Shown: positions 10,123-20,472, counted from the stretch's first letter. The stretch: DNA of 64,000 bases from Desulfobacterales bacterium (GCA_963675805.2 CAXXNU010000019.1:388929-452928), one strand, 5' to 3'. Translations and numbers: made by a program. The notes: generated from the letters alone by a model not told the origin.

Positions 10123-13100
10123 ATGACATTACGGAAAAGGGGAGCCTTAAATACAATAAATCAGCTTTGCGCATCTGCTTTTGTTGTATTTTTTCTTATC
10201 AGCCTTCTCGGGGCCGTCGGGTGCAGTGATAGCGGCGGCGGCGGTAATAAATCAAGCTATCACCTGACAGGCTATGACGGCTACCAAAACAAAGCAGGAA
10301 ACAGCGGTTTAGAATTTTATTCTGAATTCCCCTGGTTTGTGAACCTGACATTTCAGGTTCAGGATGAAGATCAATGGGGTATTTCTGGGTTAACGGAAAA
10401 TGATTTTGTCCTGATAGACGATGGTGTGGAGGTATCAAAAGACGCATCTGAATTGAATGTCCGCAAACGCGGCACACTTCCGGCTGATTATTCTTATACG
10501 TTAAAGACGGTTTTGTTTCTGGACAACTCCCCAAGTGAAGAAGCCGGTCTTGATAAAATTAAGGAAGCAGCGCAGGTTATTATCGATAACCTGGATGAAA
10601 AAAAGCAGCAATTAGTCGCTATTATGGCGTTTGATGAAAATGGCAATCCAAAAATTTTTCAGGATTTTTCAGATGATCCCACCGAGTTGCAGAAAATTCT
10701 GGCCTTCGGAGATACGGCTGGGTCTATCCAACCCTCCTTTGGCACCACCAATTTCTATGGTGCCGTAATAGAGGGATTATCGCTTTGGGATGATGCGCTT
10801 TCTCCGGGGGAAACTGATTTCCAGCAAGGCGTTATGGTTGCAATCACTGATGGAAAAGACACCTCCAATCTGTTTGATGTTGACGATGCGATTGCGAAAA
10901 GAAAATTTAAGCAAGTCATTACGGTTGCCGTAGGTTCAGATGTTTCTTCAAGCATTTCCGAGGACCTTCAGAAATTAGGCAATGCCGGATATTATCCGGT
11001 ACCGAACCCGAACCAGCAAGCGGATGAACAGGAAGGGAAGAAACCGCAGGATGAAAATTTGTGCGAATGGATGCTGGTTATTCAAAGCCGGATGATTGCC
11101 TATGCGGATTCTTTTTATTGGTTGCAATACCGCAGTGATGCCACCAGTAAAGATGCAAATTCAAGTCATGCAGTAGCCTTGGAAATAAATAATAATAATA
11201 AGGATGCCACGGACGCCCGTATCTCCGGAACATATTCCAGCGATCATTTTTTCTCCGGAGACCCGAGCATTTATTTTGATGCGTCGACATCCGACCCAGA
11301 CGGCATTACGGAAAAACCAATTATGCTCGAACGGGGCCAGGGGGCCGGCGAGGTGGCGGAAACCATTTCCGCGCTTACGTATAAGCAGACCGGCGCCCGT
11401 CCTTCAGAATATGAATGGACCTCCGGTGATACCAGCATTGTAACTGTTCTGGCGGATGCTGATGACAGTTCCAGAGCTACTATTACCGTTGTCAGCCCGG
11501 GGGATGTAACCCTGACAGTTAAAGATATGGTAAACAATATTAGTCAGACCCTGGCTGTCAACGTTAAGGTCCGGGAAGAATCTTTTGAGATGATCCGCCA
11601 CGTGGTCACGTCAGCGCCGCCCTGGTTTGCGGACGCCACTTTTCAGGTCCGGAAGACGGAAAGCGAAAACAACCAGTGGGAATGGGTGACCGACCTGGCC
11701 CGGGAAGACATGACGGTCCTGGAAAACGGCGAAAAGATCGATATGGAAAATTCGGAACTTCATCTGAGAAAAAGAGACAATATCCCTTCTTCTTATTCCT
11801 ATACATTGAAAACTGTTTTGCTAATTGATAATTCCCCCAGCTCCCGGGCGGAAAACAATTTGGAGCTGATCAAACAGGCGGCCAAAGCATTTGCCAAACG
11901 GGCACTGATTAATGACCCGAATGACCGTAGCGACCTTGGGCCTTTGCTGGATGCAAACAATGAAACGCCGCAGCAGGAAATTGCTGTGGTGTCTTATGAT
12001 GAGGATGGGGAAACCATCCTGGTCCGTGATTTTACCACGGACCTTGATACAGTGACTGAGGCCATCGACGACATTTCCCGTGGGTTTGGCCCCATTGATT
12101 TTTATGATGGCATGTTAACCTCTTTGGATTTATGGCAAAACGAACATTTCCCGTATAACGTGGATGAAGACTTTGTGCAAGGCATGGTGATCGTATTGTC
12201 CGACGGATGGCAGTCTGTGGAAGGGTTTTATGACCGGCAGTCAGTGCTGGATGCAATCGGCTCGAAGCAAGTTGTCTGTGTCAGCGTTGGCAACGATTTG
12301 GTGTCCGGCAATAGCGACGATCTGATTGCCTTTGGCAATGCGGGATTCTATTCTGTGCCCGATCCTGGTCAGACAACCAAGATTAAGGTTGTTTTTGATA
12401 ATGGCGTGGGGGTCAATGATGTTACATATACCGCCTTGGAAAGAACGCTGATGAAAATCCAGGATGAAGCGGCATACCCGTATGCTAACAGTTTTTACTG
12501 GCTCAATTATACGAGCAAACTGGATCGGGCGTCGACTTGCTCCCTTGAAGAATTCATGGTTATCACCATCAATAATAACAGCAACACCGGTGCCGGCAGA
12601 AATGTTTCCGGCAGATTTGAAAGTTGCTATTATTTCGAGGGCATTGACAACAAAATTTATGTGAATCATACAACCACCAATCCCGGAGGAATTACGGGAA
12701 GTATTGAATTGCAATATGTGACAATGGATAATCTATTTTTGTCAGATCCTATGTATCCCTTGAAAGCCATCACCTATGACGATGATGGTTTCAGAAACAC
12801 GCCGGCATATGAATGGACGATTACCAGTCCTTTTGTAAGGGTAACACCGGTTCCGGGAAGCCGCTATAATTCCGAGGCGGTTATGAGCCTGCCGGCAGTT
12901 AAGCAGGAGGGAAATGCCACATTGAGAGTTGACGATATTGGCAATGGATCTCCGCCGTTTACGCTGAATGTCGGTGTTGTTGAAAAAACCATTCCAACCC
13001 CGCTGGCATATTATCTTTTCAATGGTGATTTAACCGATGGCAGCGGAAACGGATTTGATTTAGAAGAACAGTTCGGGTCACCTGTATTAACAGAAGATAG

Positions 13101-13644
13101 GTGTAACGAACAGGATAAAGCATATTCATTTAGCGGAACGTCCGGACGGTTTGGATCTAAAGCATTTACTTATAGTGAAAATGGGGCTTTTGATGAAATA
13201 ACCATATGCGCATGGGTGAGATCCGATTCAAACGAAACCCAGACAATCGTAACCCTGGAAAGAGAATCTTATTGGGCGCTGGATTTATTTGATAGCGGTC
13301 AGTTGAGATGGATCACCACTGATTCGGATGATAAAACAACTATTTTAACAGTGCCGGGCAGCTACAATGACAACCAGTGGCACTTTATCTGCGCCTGGTT
13401 TAAAGCAGGAAGCGGAGCTGCGGATAAAAAAATCTATGTAGACGGTCAGCTCATTGGCTCTCAAAACGGACATGACGGAAAAAGTCTTGGAAACGGTAAT
13501 TCCAGAATTCTTTTAATCGGCGATAACCATATCGGAAATCCGAATTATTGGTTCAAAGGGGATATGGATGATATCATGATTTTTGACCGGGCATTAACCG
13601 AAGATCAAATAACAACATTAAGTAATCTTCAGTGCATCGAGTAA
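10123..13644 (+). CDS. Large exported lipoprotein: two vWA-containing modules + C-terminal LamG/concanavalin-A-like lectin domain
   Basis: Lipobox LLGAVGC. Two MIDAS DxSxS motifs sit in near-identical contexts (YSYTLKTVLFLDNSPS; YSYTLKTVLLIDNSPS) about 436 aa apart. The C-terminus (YYLFNGDLTDGSGNG...WHFICAWF...IYVDGQL...GDMDDIMIFDRALTEDQI) is typical of Laminin_G_3 domains. Confidence 0.7.
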   Translation: MTLRKRGALNTINQLCASAFVVFFLISLLGAVGCSDSGGGGNKSSYHLTGYDGYQNKAGNSGLEFYSEFPWFVNLTFQVQDEDQWGISGLTENDFVLIDDGVEVSKDASELNVRKRGTLPADYSYTLKTVLFLDNSPSEEAGLDKIKEAAQVIIDNLDEKKQQLVAIMAFDENGNPKIFQDFSDDPTELQKILAFGDTAGSIQPSFGTTNFYGAVIEGLSLWDDALSPGETDFQQGVMVAITDGKDTSNLFDVDDAIAKRKFKQVITVAVGSDVSSSISEDLQKLGNAGYYPVPNPNQQADEQEGKKPQDENLCEWMLVIQSRMIAYADSFYWLQYRSDATSKDANSSHAVALEINNNNKDATDARISGTYSSDHFFSGDPSIYFDASTSDPDGITEKPIMLERGQGAGEVAETISALTYKQTGARPSEYEWTSGDTSIVTVLADADDSSRATITVVSPGDVTLTVKDMVNNISQTLAVNVKVREESFEMIRHVVTSAPPWFADATFQVRKTESENNQWEWVTDLAREDMTVLENGEKIDMENSELHLRKRDNIPSSYSYTLKTVLLIDNSPSSRAENNLELIKQAAKAFAKRALINDPNDRSDLGPLLDANNETPQQEIAVVSYDEDGETILVRDFTTDLDTVTEAIDDISRGFGPIDFYDGMLTSLDLWQNEHFPYNVDEDFVQGMVIVLSDGWQSVEGFYDRQSVLDAIGSKQVVCVSVGNDLVSGNSDDLIAFGNAGFYSVPDPGQTTKIKVVFDNGVGVNDVTYTALERTLMKIQDEAAYPYANSFYWLNYTSKLDRASTCSLEEFMVITINNNSNTGAGRNVSGRFESCYYFEGIDNKIYVNHTTTNPGGITGSIELQYVTMDNLFLSDPMYPLKAITYDDDGFRNTPAYEWTITSPFVRVTPVPGSRYNSEAVMSLPAVKQEGNATLRVDDIGNGSPPFTLNVGVVEKTIPTPLAYYLFNGDLTDGSGNGFDLEEQFGSPVLTEDRCNEQDKAYSFSGTSGRFGSKAFTYSENGAFDEITICAWVRSDSNETQTIVTLERESYWALDLFDSGQLRWITTDSDDKTTILTVPGSYNDNQWHFICAWFKAGSGAADKKIYVDGQLIGSQNGHDGKSLGNGNSRILLIGDNHIGNPNYWFKGDMDDIMIFDRALTEDQITTLSNLQCIE

Positions 13645-13792
13645 TCTGATATAAAATTAACCCGGCCTTTCTACCAAAAGCCTTGTTCCGCCTTTAGACA
13701 GTATCGGTGGTGCAGGGCTTTTTGTATTTTATTCATCAAAAAACAGTTGAAAAATATTTTCAGTCTGATAATGAGTAATAAAACTACTCATA

Positions 13793-14350
13793 TTGAGGCA
13801 TTCATTGGAAGACTTATTCTCAGGTTTAATTACCTCCAAGACCCGTATCAAGTTGCTTGTCCGTTTTTTTTTAAACCCCGGCACAAAATCCTACTTGCGT
13901 GAGTTGTCCAGGGAATTTAATGTTTCATCCAACTCTGTTCGTGAAGAACTGAACCAGCTCTCCACGGCTAAACTCCTTGAATCCGAAAAAGTCGGAAGGC
14001 AGGTGTTTTACAAGGCAAACCGGAAACATCCTTTGTTTCCGGAATTGAAATCAATGGTCAGCAAACTGATCGGCATTGACCAGGTCATCAATGACATTGT
14101 CCGCCGCCTGGGTGATATCGAAAAGGCCTACCTGATAGATGATTACGCGGAAGGAAAAGATTCCGGAATTGTGGATATGGTCCTTGTCGGAAGTATTGAC
14201 CCCTATCATTTAAACGACTTGAGCAGAAAAACAGAACGCTATATCCAGCGAAAAATCCGCACAATGGTATTGAGCAGTGAAGAATTCAAAATTTTTCAAT
14301 CAACTTTAGATATCCGGCCCAGTTTATTAATATGGGAATCGAATAAATAA
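13793..14350 (+). CDS. Winged-helix (ArsR-like) transcriptional regulator
   Basis: SYLRELSREFNVSSNSVREELNQLSTAKLLESEKVGRQVFYKAN is a wHTH. The start is uncertain (TTG). A 7-bp-arm palindrome, ATGAGTA-N7-TACTCAT (13771-13791), abuts the start. Confidence 0.6.
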   Translation: MRHSLEDLFSGLITSKTRIKLLVRFFLNPGTKSYLRELSREFNVSSNSVREELNQLSTAKLLESEKVGRQVFYKANRKHPLFPELKSMVSKLIGIDQVINDIVRRLGDIEKAYLIDDYAEGKDSGIVDMVLVGSIDPYHLNDLSRKTERYIQRKIRTMVLSSEEFKIFQSTLDIRPSLLIWESNK

Positions 14351-14383
14351 ATAATCTATCAATGCATCCCGGGTGGTCCGTCT

Positions 14384-15715
14384 TTGGCTCTGTTCACTCA
14401 TTTTATCTCAAATCGATTCAGCATCAGCGCCAACTTAAAAAATATACTGCAAAATTCCGGCTGGCTGATGTTTGAACAAATATTTAGGGCAGGTGCCGGT
14501 ATTATTGTCGGTATCTGGGTGGCCCGTTACTTGGGTCCTGAAGATTTTGGGATGCTGAATTTTTCTGTGGTGCTTGTTTCCATGGTTGTTCCTTTTGCGA
14601 ATCTCGGCCTTGACGGTATTGGCATCAGGGAACTGGTAAACAGAAAATCAGAAACAGAGGTTGTCCTCGGGACTGTTTTTGGTTTGAAACTGGCCGGCGC
14701 TATTCTTCTGGTTGTTATTGCCCTTGCTGTCGCATGGGTCGTACGGCCGCATAATCCAACATTTTTAATTTTGGTGAGTTTTGCTGCATTGGGTATTGTC
14801 CTTAAATCAACCGAAGCTATTGATCTATATTTCAGATCAATCATGAAAAATCAATTCAGCGTATGGTCCAAAAGCGTCGGATTACTTTTTGCCTCATTAG
14901 TTAAGGGAGGAATGGTCCTGACCGGTTTAAGTGTTGTGTTTTTCGGATTTGCCAATTTTGTAGAAGCACTGTTGGCAGGAATTTTTTTTATATTTTTCTA
15001 TAAAGCTAGCACAAGGCAGAATTTCCCATTTTTACAATTTTCAGTCCGGGAAGCAAAAAACCTGCTTAGAGACAGTTGGCCGTTAATATTCTCGGGATTT
15101 TTTGCCGTATTGTTTTTACAAATTGACCAGGTGATGCTGGGGATTTTGTCTGGAGATGCAACCGTGGGTGTGTATAATGTTGCCGTTCGGCTTTCTACGA
15201 TTTTCTATTTGATCCCTATGGCGCTGACCAAATCAAGTTTTCCGGTACTTTTTAAAACATATCTATCCAGCAAAGTTCAATTTGAACATCAGGTTTTAAC
15301 GTTTTTAACTGTAATGGCGGTTTTTTCTTATGCGATTGTTGTTATGGTAGCATTTTTTTCAGAAGATATTATTCTTATCCTGTTTGGTAACGCTTATGCA
15401 GTTTCCTCTCAAATATTGATGATTCACATATTCAGTATTATTTTCGTGTTCTCCGGACTGGTCAGAGGGCCATGGATAATCGCAAAAAATCTCACACAAT
15501 TTGTCATGATTTCTAATTTGGCTGGTGCTTTGTTCAATATCCTTCTCAATTTGATTTTGATCCCAAAATTTGAGGGGGTTGGGGCTGCCTGGGCAACCCT
15601 GATTTCTTATGCAATCGCTTATGTTGTAATGAATGCATTTTATAGCAAGACGTTTGTTTTTTTTAAGATGCAGATAAAGGCCTTTTTACTGATTCCTTGT
15701 TTCAAAAGGGTTTGA
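14384..15715 (+). CDS. wzx: Wzx-type polysaccharide flippase (MOP/PST family)
   Basis: 443 aa with about 12 TM spans. N-terminus NLKNILQNSGWLMFEQIFRAGAGIIVGIWVARYLGPEDFG is the typical PST-family opening. TTG start. Confidence 0.75.
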   Translation: MALFTHFISNRFSISANLKNILQNSGWLMFEQIFRAGAGIIVGIWVARYLGPEDFGMLNFSVVLVSMVVPFANLGLDGIGIRELVNRKSETEVVLGTVFGLKLAGAILLVVIALAVAWVVRPHNPTFLILVSFAALGIVLKSTEAIDLYFRSIMKNQFSVWSKSVGLLFASLVKGGMVLTGLSVVFFGFANFVEALLAGIFFIFFYKASTRQNFPFLQFSVREAKNLLRDSWPLIFSGFFAVLFLQIDQVMLGILSGDATVGVYNVAVRLSTIFYLIPMALTKSSFPVLFKTYLSSKVQFEHQVLTFLTVMAVFSYAIVVMVAFFSEDIILILFGNAYAVSSQILMIHIFSIIFVFSGLVRGPWIIAKNLTQFVMISNLAGALFNILLNLILIPKFEGVGAAWATLISYAIAYVVMNAFYSKTFVFFKMQIKAFLLIPCFKRV

Positions 15716-15717
15716 CT

Positions 15718-16704
15718 ATGTTTTCAGGTAAAAATTTATTTATACATATAGGATATCCAAAAACAGGCACAACTACTTTGCAGGAATATCTTTTCAGAGA
15801 ATCGATAGAAATTTTATATTTAAGAAATGCACAACAACCAATAACTTGGGAAAAAGATGTTTTTTTTCTGAGAGAGCTGTCTTTTAGAGATCGATTAGCA
15901 AAATACCATGATGAAATTTTGTGTTCTATAAAAGCTCTGGAGGATGAAAAAAAGAAAATAGCATTAATATCGCAAGAATCCTTTACGAGTTTTAGCATGT
16001 TTTTCCGGTTTGAACCTTATCCGTGTGTTCGAACAATTGATCCAAGTTCTATTGCGAGAAAACTCCATTTGCTTTTTGCTAAAGCCAGTCAACCACCAAA
16101 AATTATTGTGACAATACGCAGGCAGGATGAAATGATGCTTTCGATGTATGCGCAAGTTTATAATCTGGTATTTAAGCGCTTCAAAGCTACAAAACAATTT
16201 AGCAAATTTTTAAAATATTCCTTCGATCATGAATATGACTTTATGTTGGATGCCATTAATTACAACAGGTATATAAGCTATTATCAGGAGTTATTTGGTA
16301 AAGAAAATGTGAAAATTTTGGTTTATGAAAAATTGCGGAAAGCCCCACAATCTTTTTTTGAGGAACTGCTCGACTATATGGGGATCCATAATGACTATAA
16401 TTTGTCTCTTTTAATGAATAAACCATATGATAAAAGAAGTTCTCCTGAAGGATATCAAACTGACACGCGAAGTCTTGATGAGATTCTTGCTTATTATAAA
16501 CAAAGATATTCCCCTCATCGATCAATTAATCTGCCATTGAGTTTGAAAAAGATAATTAAAAAGATAAAGCTTTCAGCAGATTTTAAATCAAACATACAAC
16601 TTCAAGATATTGAAAGAGATAAAATTCTGAATTTTTTTAGACACAGCAACCAAATCTTGGATCAGGCAAATAATCTGAATTTAGACAAGTATGGTTATTT
16701 TTAA
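15718..16704 (+). CDS. Sulfotransferase family protein (PAPS-dependent)
   Basis: ATG lies 2 nt after the wzx stop. The 5'-PSB loop is IHIGYPKTGTTTL and the 3'-PB-like segment is VTIRRQDEMMLSMYAQ. Confidence 0.7.
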   Translation: MFSGKNLFIHIGYPKTGTTTLQEYLFRESIEILYLRNAQQPITWEKDVFFLRELSFRDRLAKYHDEILCSIKALEDEKKKIALISQESFTSFSMFFRFEPYPCVRTIDPSSIARKLHLLFAKASQPPKIIVTIRRQDEMMLSMYAQVYNLVFKRFKATKQFSKFLKYSFDHEYDFMLDAINYNRYISYYQELFGKENVKILVYEKLRKAPQSFFEELLDYMGIHNDYNLSLLMNKPYDKRSSPEGYQTDTRSLDEILAYYKQRYSPHRSINLPLSLKKIIKKIKLSADFKSNIQLQDIERDKILNFFRHSNQILDQANNLNLDKYGYF

Positions 16705-16751
16705 ATCTAATTTTAAACCATAAAAATAAAATCTAAATTATAGAAATACCA

Positions 16752-18065
16752 ATGCATAGATTTTTTGAATTGAATCAAGAATCAAAGATAATCTTTGAAA
16801 CGCCGGATGACGGATATTCCTATTTTTTTGGATATTATGACAAATCGCCTTTGGATATTTCAAATCATTACCTTCTGTGCCATCGCGTCGGATTTGACGG
16901 CCGGGACATCCGCGCTGATGATTCGGCAGATGTCGGGTTTTGGGATATAGAAGAGGCAGTGTTTCATAGGGTTGGCCGGACCCGGGCCTTTAACTGGCAG
17001 CAGGGGAGTCATCTGCAATGGCTGCCGCCGGATTTCAAATCCCGGATTATTTACAATGACCGGCGCAACGGAAAGTTTGTCTCAATAATTTGTAATCTGG
17101 AAACCAGTCAAGAAACCATCTACCCTTTTCCTATATACACAGTGCATCCTTCCGGGAAGTTTGCCCTGGCGGTTAATTATGAGCGACTCTATTTTTGCCG
17201 GCCTGGGTATAATTATATGGGCGTAGCCAATGAAAAATGGAACGTGCCCATTCATGAAGAAGACGGCATTTTTCGCGTTGATTTTGAAACCGGCAAAGTG
17301 AGTCTGCTTTTGCGCACCAGGGAGGTGGTGAACTTTGCGCCAAAGCCTGAACTGGAAAAATGTGATAACTGGCTGGAACATATGATGTGGAACAAAACAG
17401 GTTCAAGATTTGCTTTTTTGCATCGTTGGGAAATTGAAGATGGCTTACACAAAACACGGTTGTTTACAGCAAATGAACATGGGGAAGACCTTTTTATGCT
17501 TCCAGATCTGGGGTTCTACTCTCACATGGGGTGGAAAAATGATAATGAATTTACTATTTGGTCGCAAATCCCTTCTCAAAAAACAAACGTTATTAATTTC
17601 TTCGCTTCATCTTCGGGTCGAATTTTTTCAGTCGCCAATTTTTTTTTAAAGGTTCTAAGATCGGTGTTGGGAGAAAAAAGGGCTGCACAAATCACTTCAA
17701 GGGATTCTTATATTACTTATCGTGACAGATCCAATAAATTCACTATACTTGATCGAGAAGTTTTACCATCGAACGGGCACAATACCTGGAGTAGGGATGA
17801 GCGATATATGCTGTCCGATACTTATAATGATGAAAATAATTATCGGCATCTGGTAATTTTTGATGAAAAAAATAATTCTGTTGAAAGGATTGGAAAGTTT
17901 TATTCAACTTACAATAATTCTGGTTACCGGGCTGACCTGCATCCGCGCTTTAGTCATGATGAAAATATGATTGTTATCGATAGTGCTCATAGAAAAAATC
18001 GTGGAATGATAATAATAAAGCGCCCGAAAGAAGGCAATGGAGGCCGTTCTTATGGGAATTTGTGA
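16752..18065 (+). CDS. Hypothetical protein (possibly beta-propeller fold)
   Basis: 437-aa ORF with coherent codon usage in the operon. I recognise no catalytic motif. The repeated aromatic/Gly-rich strand pattern is only suggestive of a propeller. Confidence 0.5.
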   Translation: MHRFFELNQESKIIFETPDDGYSYFFGYYDKSPLDISNHYLLCHRVGFDGRDIRADDSADVGFWDIEEAVFHRVGRTRAFNWQQGSHLQWLPPDFKSRIIYNDRRNGKFVSIICNLETSQETIYPFPIYTVHPSGKFALAVNYERLYFCRPGYNYMGVANEKWNVPIHEEDGIFRVDFETGKVSLLLRTREVVNFAPKPELEKCDNWLEHMMWNKTGSRFAFLHRWEIEDGLHKTRLFTANEHGEDLFMLPDLGFYSHMGWKNDNEFTIWSQIPSQKTNVINFFASSSGRIFSVANFFLKVLRSVLGEKRAAQITSRDSYITYRDRSNKFTILDREVLPSNGHNTWSRDERYMLSDTYNDENNYRHLVIFDEKNNSVERIGKFYSTYNNSGYRADLHPRFSHDENMIVIDSAHRKNRGMIIIKRPKEGNGGRSYGNL

Positions 18066-18723
18066 AGAGGCGCTTTCTTGGGAAAAATCCAAACTTCAGC
18101 ACCAATATAATATCTATACACACATGAAATTTCAGATATTGAAATTGTTTATGTGGCGTTTTAGAAAACTTAAAAATAAGAATTATAAATATTTGAATTT
18201 GGGTGGCGTCGAAATATTAGGGCCTACCTATTGTTCGGCCAATATTAGTGCACCATTAAATTTAATATTTAAAAAGAAATTAAATTTTTGGTCAATGGAT
18301 GCTTCAAAGCCTTGGCTATGCCCCGACAATTATTGGGAAGGCATTTTCTCTTCTCATATGCTTGAACATTTAAGTTATGCTGGGGCTATAAATTCCTTAA
18401 AAGAGGCTTATAGGACGATTAAACCGGGTGGTTTAATTAGAATTGTGCTGCCAGACTTGGGTAAATACATTAGATATTATAATGGAATGTCCCCGAATAA
18501 CCAATTTGAAAGGTTTAGAAGTGGAGCAATTGCAATATCAGTATTAACTCAGAATGCTGGCCATTTTTCAGTTTGGGATTTTACTTTGCTTTCAGATGTG
18601 CTTTCAGAAATTGGTTGGAAAAATATTGAGAGAGTTGGTTACAAGCAAGGAGCAAATCCTGATCTTTTTCTAGATATAAAAGAAAGGGATTGGGCAAGTT
18701 TTTACTTAGAAGCAAAAAAATAG
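18052..18723 (+). CDS. Probable SAM-dependent methyltransferase (Methyltransf_11-like)
   Basis: FSSHMLEHLSYAGAINSLKEAYRTIKPGGLIRIVLPD is present. Motif I is degenerate (YLNLGG). The start is ambiguous (18037, 18052 or 18124). Confidence 0.5.
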   Translation: MGICEEALSWEKSKLQHQYNIYTHMKFQILKLFMWRFRKLKNKNYKYLNLGGVEILGPTYCSANISAPLNLIFKKKLNFWSMDASKPWLCPDNYWEGIFSSHMLEHLSYAGAINSLKEAYRTIKPGGLIRIVLPDLGKYIRYYNGMSPNNQFERFRSGAIAISVLTQNAGHFSVWDFTLLSDVLSEIGWKNIERVGYKQGANPDLFLDIKERDWASFYLEAKK

Positions 18724-18759
18724 ATTCATTAGAATTTTATCAACCTGAGCATAAAGAAA

Positions 18760-19965
18760 TTGAAGAAAAAAATTTGTATCATCAGTCACGCCTTAGTTCA
18801 GGAGGCATCTCGCAAAAGATGGCGGCTTCTTGCGGAACAATATGATTACGAAGTGCATCTGCTTATCCCGAGATACTGGGAATCTCAGTGGTTTGGTAAA
18901 AAGCAGACTTTCTCCCCTCAGGAAGAGCATTCCGGAAACTTCCATATCCATTTAATGCGGACGACCAGTGTGAAAAATTGGACGCGATACTTTTTTGTAT
19001 CATTTGATGCAAAATTTCGAAAAATAAAACCGGACCTTATCTATATCATCCATGAAGAAACCTGCTGGATTCATCATCAAATTTATCTGTACCGAAAACT
19101 TTGGTGCCCGGCGGCCAAAATAATATTCTTTTCCATGAATGCCAGGGGCGTGCCGCAGCGCTGGTTTTTTCAGCGGCTGATGTGGGAAAATATCAAAAAA
19201 AACACCGAGGCCGCCCTGGTGCATTATCCCGGATGCCTCAAATCGCTTCGCAGGGCAGAGTATAAAAAACCGATCTTTCTGCAGACTCAGATCGGGGTTG
19301 ACGAAGATCTTTTTAAGTTTGATTCTCGGACGCGAGATACGATTCGTAACTTTTTGGGATTTAATAATAAATTTGTGATCGGATATACCGGACGACTTAC
19401 TCAGGATAAAGGTGTTGATGACTTGATAAATGTATTACCCATTTCAGGTGTTGACTGGGCATTGTTGTTGGTCGGAAATGGCTACCTAAAAAAGGAAGTC
19501 GAAGATTGGGCAAGCTCAAAAGGGTGGATGGATCGGGTTCATATTACGGGGCAAATTCCCCTGAATATGGTGCCGGATTATATGAATGCAATGGATTGTT
19601 TTGTTTTAGCTTCTAAAACGACTTCCCATTGGGTTGATACTTTTCCGTTATCAACTGTTCAAGCTCAGGCATGCGGTATCCCGGTCATTGGGTCTGATTC
19701 AGGTGCAATACCCTGGCAGTTGGGAGAAACTGCAATTATATTTTCAGAAAGTAATTTGGCGGAGTTAAAAAAAGCAATTGAAAGTTATGCATTAAATAAA
19801 GGTCTCAGAAAAAGAATGGCACAGAGTGGAAGGAACAGGGCAATAGATTTTTTTTGTGCTCAGGGAATAACGAATAATTTTGATAAAATTACTAAGCAGA
19901 TATTAAGTCAAAAATATAAATACAGAAATGAAAATGACCCTTATATCCAATCGAAATGCTATTAG
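18760..19965 (+). CDS. Glycosyltransferase family 4 (GT-B)
   Basis: TTG start (MKKKICIISH). The C-terminal domain carries GYTGRLTQDKGVDDLI...QAQACGIPVIGSDSGAIPWQLGE. Confidence 0.7.
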   Translation: MKKKICIISHALVQEASRKRWRLLAEQYDYEVHLLIPRYWESQWFGKKQTFSPQEEHSGNFHIHLMRTTSVKNWTRYFFVSFDAKFRKIKPDLIYIIHEETCWIHHQIYLYRKLWCPAAKIIFFSMNARGVPQRWFFQRLMWENIKKNTEAALVHYPGCLKSLRRAEYKKPIFLQTQIGVDEDLFKFDSRTRDTIRNFLGFNNKFVIGYTGRLTQDKGVDDLINVLPISGVDWALLLVGNGYLKKEVEDWASSKGWMDRVHITGQIPLNMVPDYMNAMDCFVLASKTTSHWVDTFPLSTVQAQACGIPVIGSDSGAIPWQLGETAIIFSESNLAELKKAIESYALNKGLRKRMAQSGRNRAIDFFCAQGITNNFDKITKQILSQKYKYRNENDPYIQSKCY

Positions 19966-20001
19966 ACATATGAGAATAATTTTTTAGCAAAGCATTCCAG
20001 T

Positions 20002-20472
20002 ATGAATTTTATAACAAAAGTAAAAAATAAAATTATTGATATTATCCGGCTTGTTTTTCGAAATATATTTAAAAGTATCGTTAATGATATCCGATTAAAT
20101 ACATACTTGGTTTTCGGACCCAAAGAGCGTTTATTTATTCATCCTGAAAGTCATGTTCAGAATGCTTTATTTAACTTAAGCTCTGGAACGATAAAAGTCG
20201 GCAAAGATGTTTCTTTTGGACACAATGTTACTGTTTTAACGGGACATCATGATCTAAGTAAGACCGGTAATGATAGAGTGAAAGCTGTCAAAGATGGGGG
20301 CAATGATATTATTATCCGTAATGGTGCATGGGTTTCCAGTAACTGTACATTAATTGGCCCGTGTGAAATAGGAGAGAACGCAGTTGTTGCAGCAGGTTCG
20401 GTTGTTGTTAATAATGTAAAGCCCTTCACCCTGGTTGCGGGGGTCCCATCTGTTTTTGTAAGAAATTTATAG
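20002..20472 (+). CDS. Hexapeptide-repeat acetyltransferase
   Basis: NGAWVSSNCTLIGPCEIGENAVVAAGSVVVNNVKPFTLVAGVPSVFV. Confidence 0.7.
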   Translation: MNFITKVKNKIIDIIRLVFRNIFKSIVNDIRLNTYLVFGPKERLFIHPESHVQNALFNLSSGTIKVGKDVSFGHNVTVLTGHHDLSKTGNDRVKAVKDGGNDIIIRNGAWVSSNCTLIGPCEIGENAVVAAGSVVVNNVKPFTLVAGVPSVFVRNL

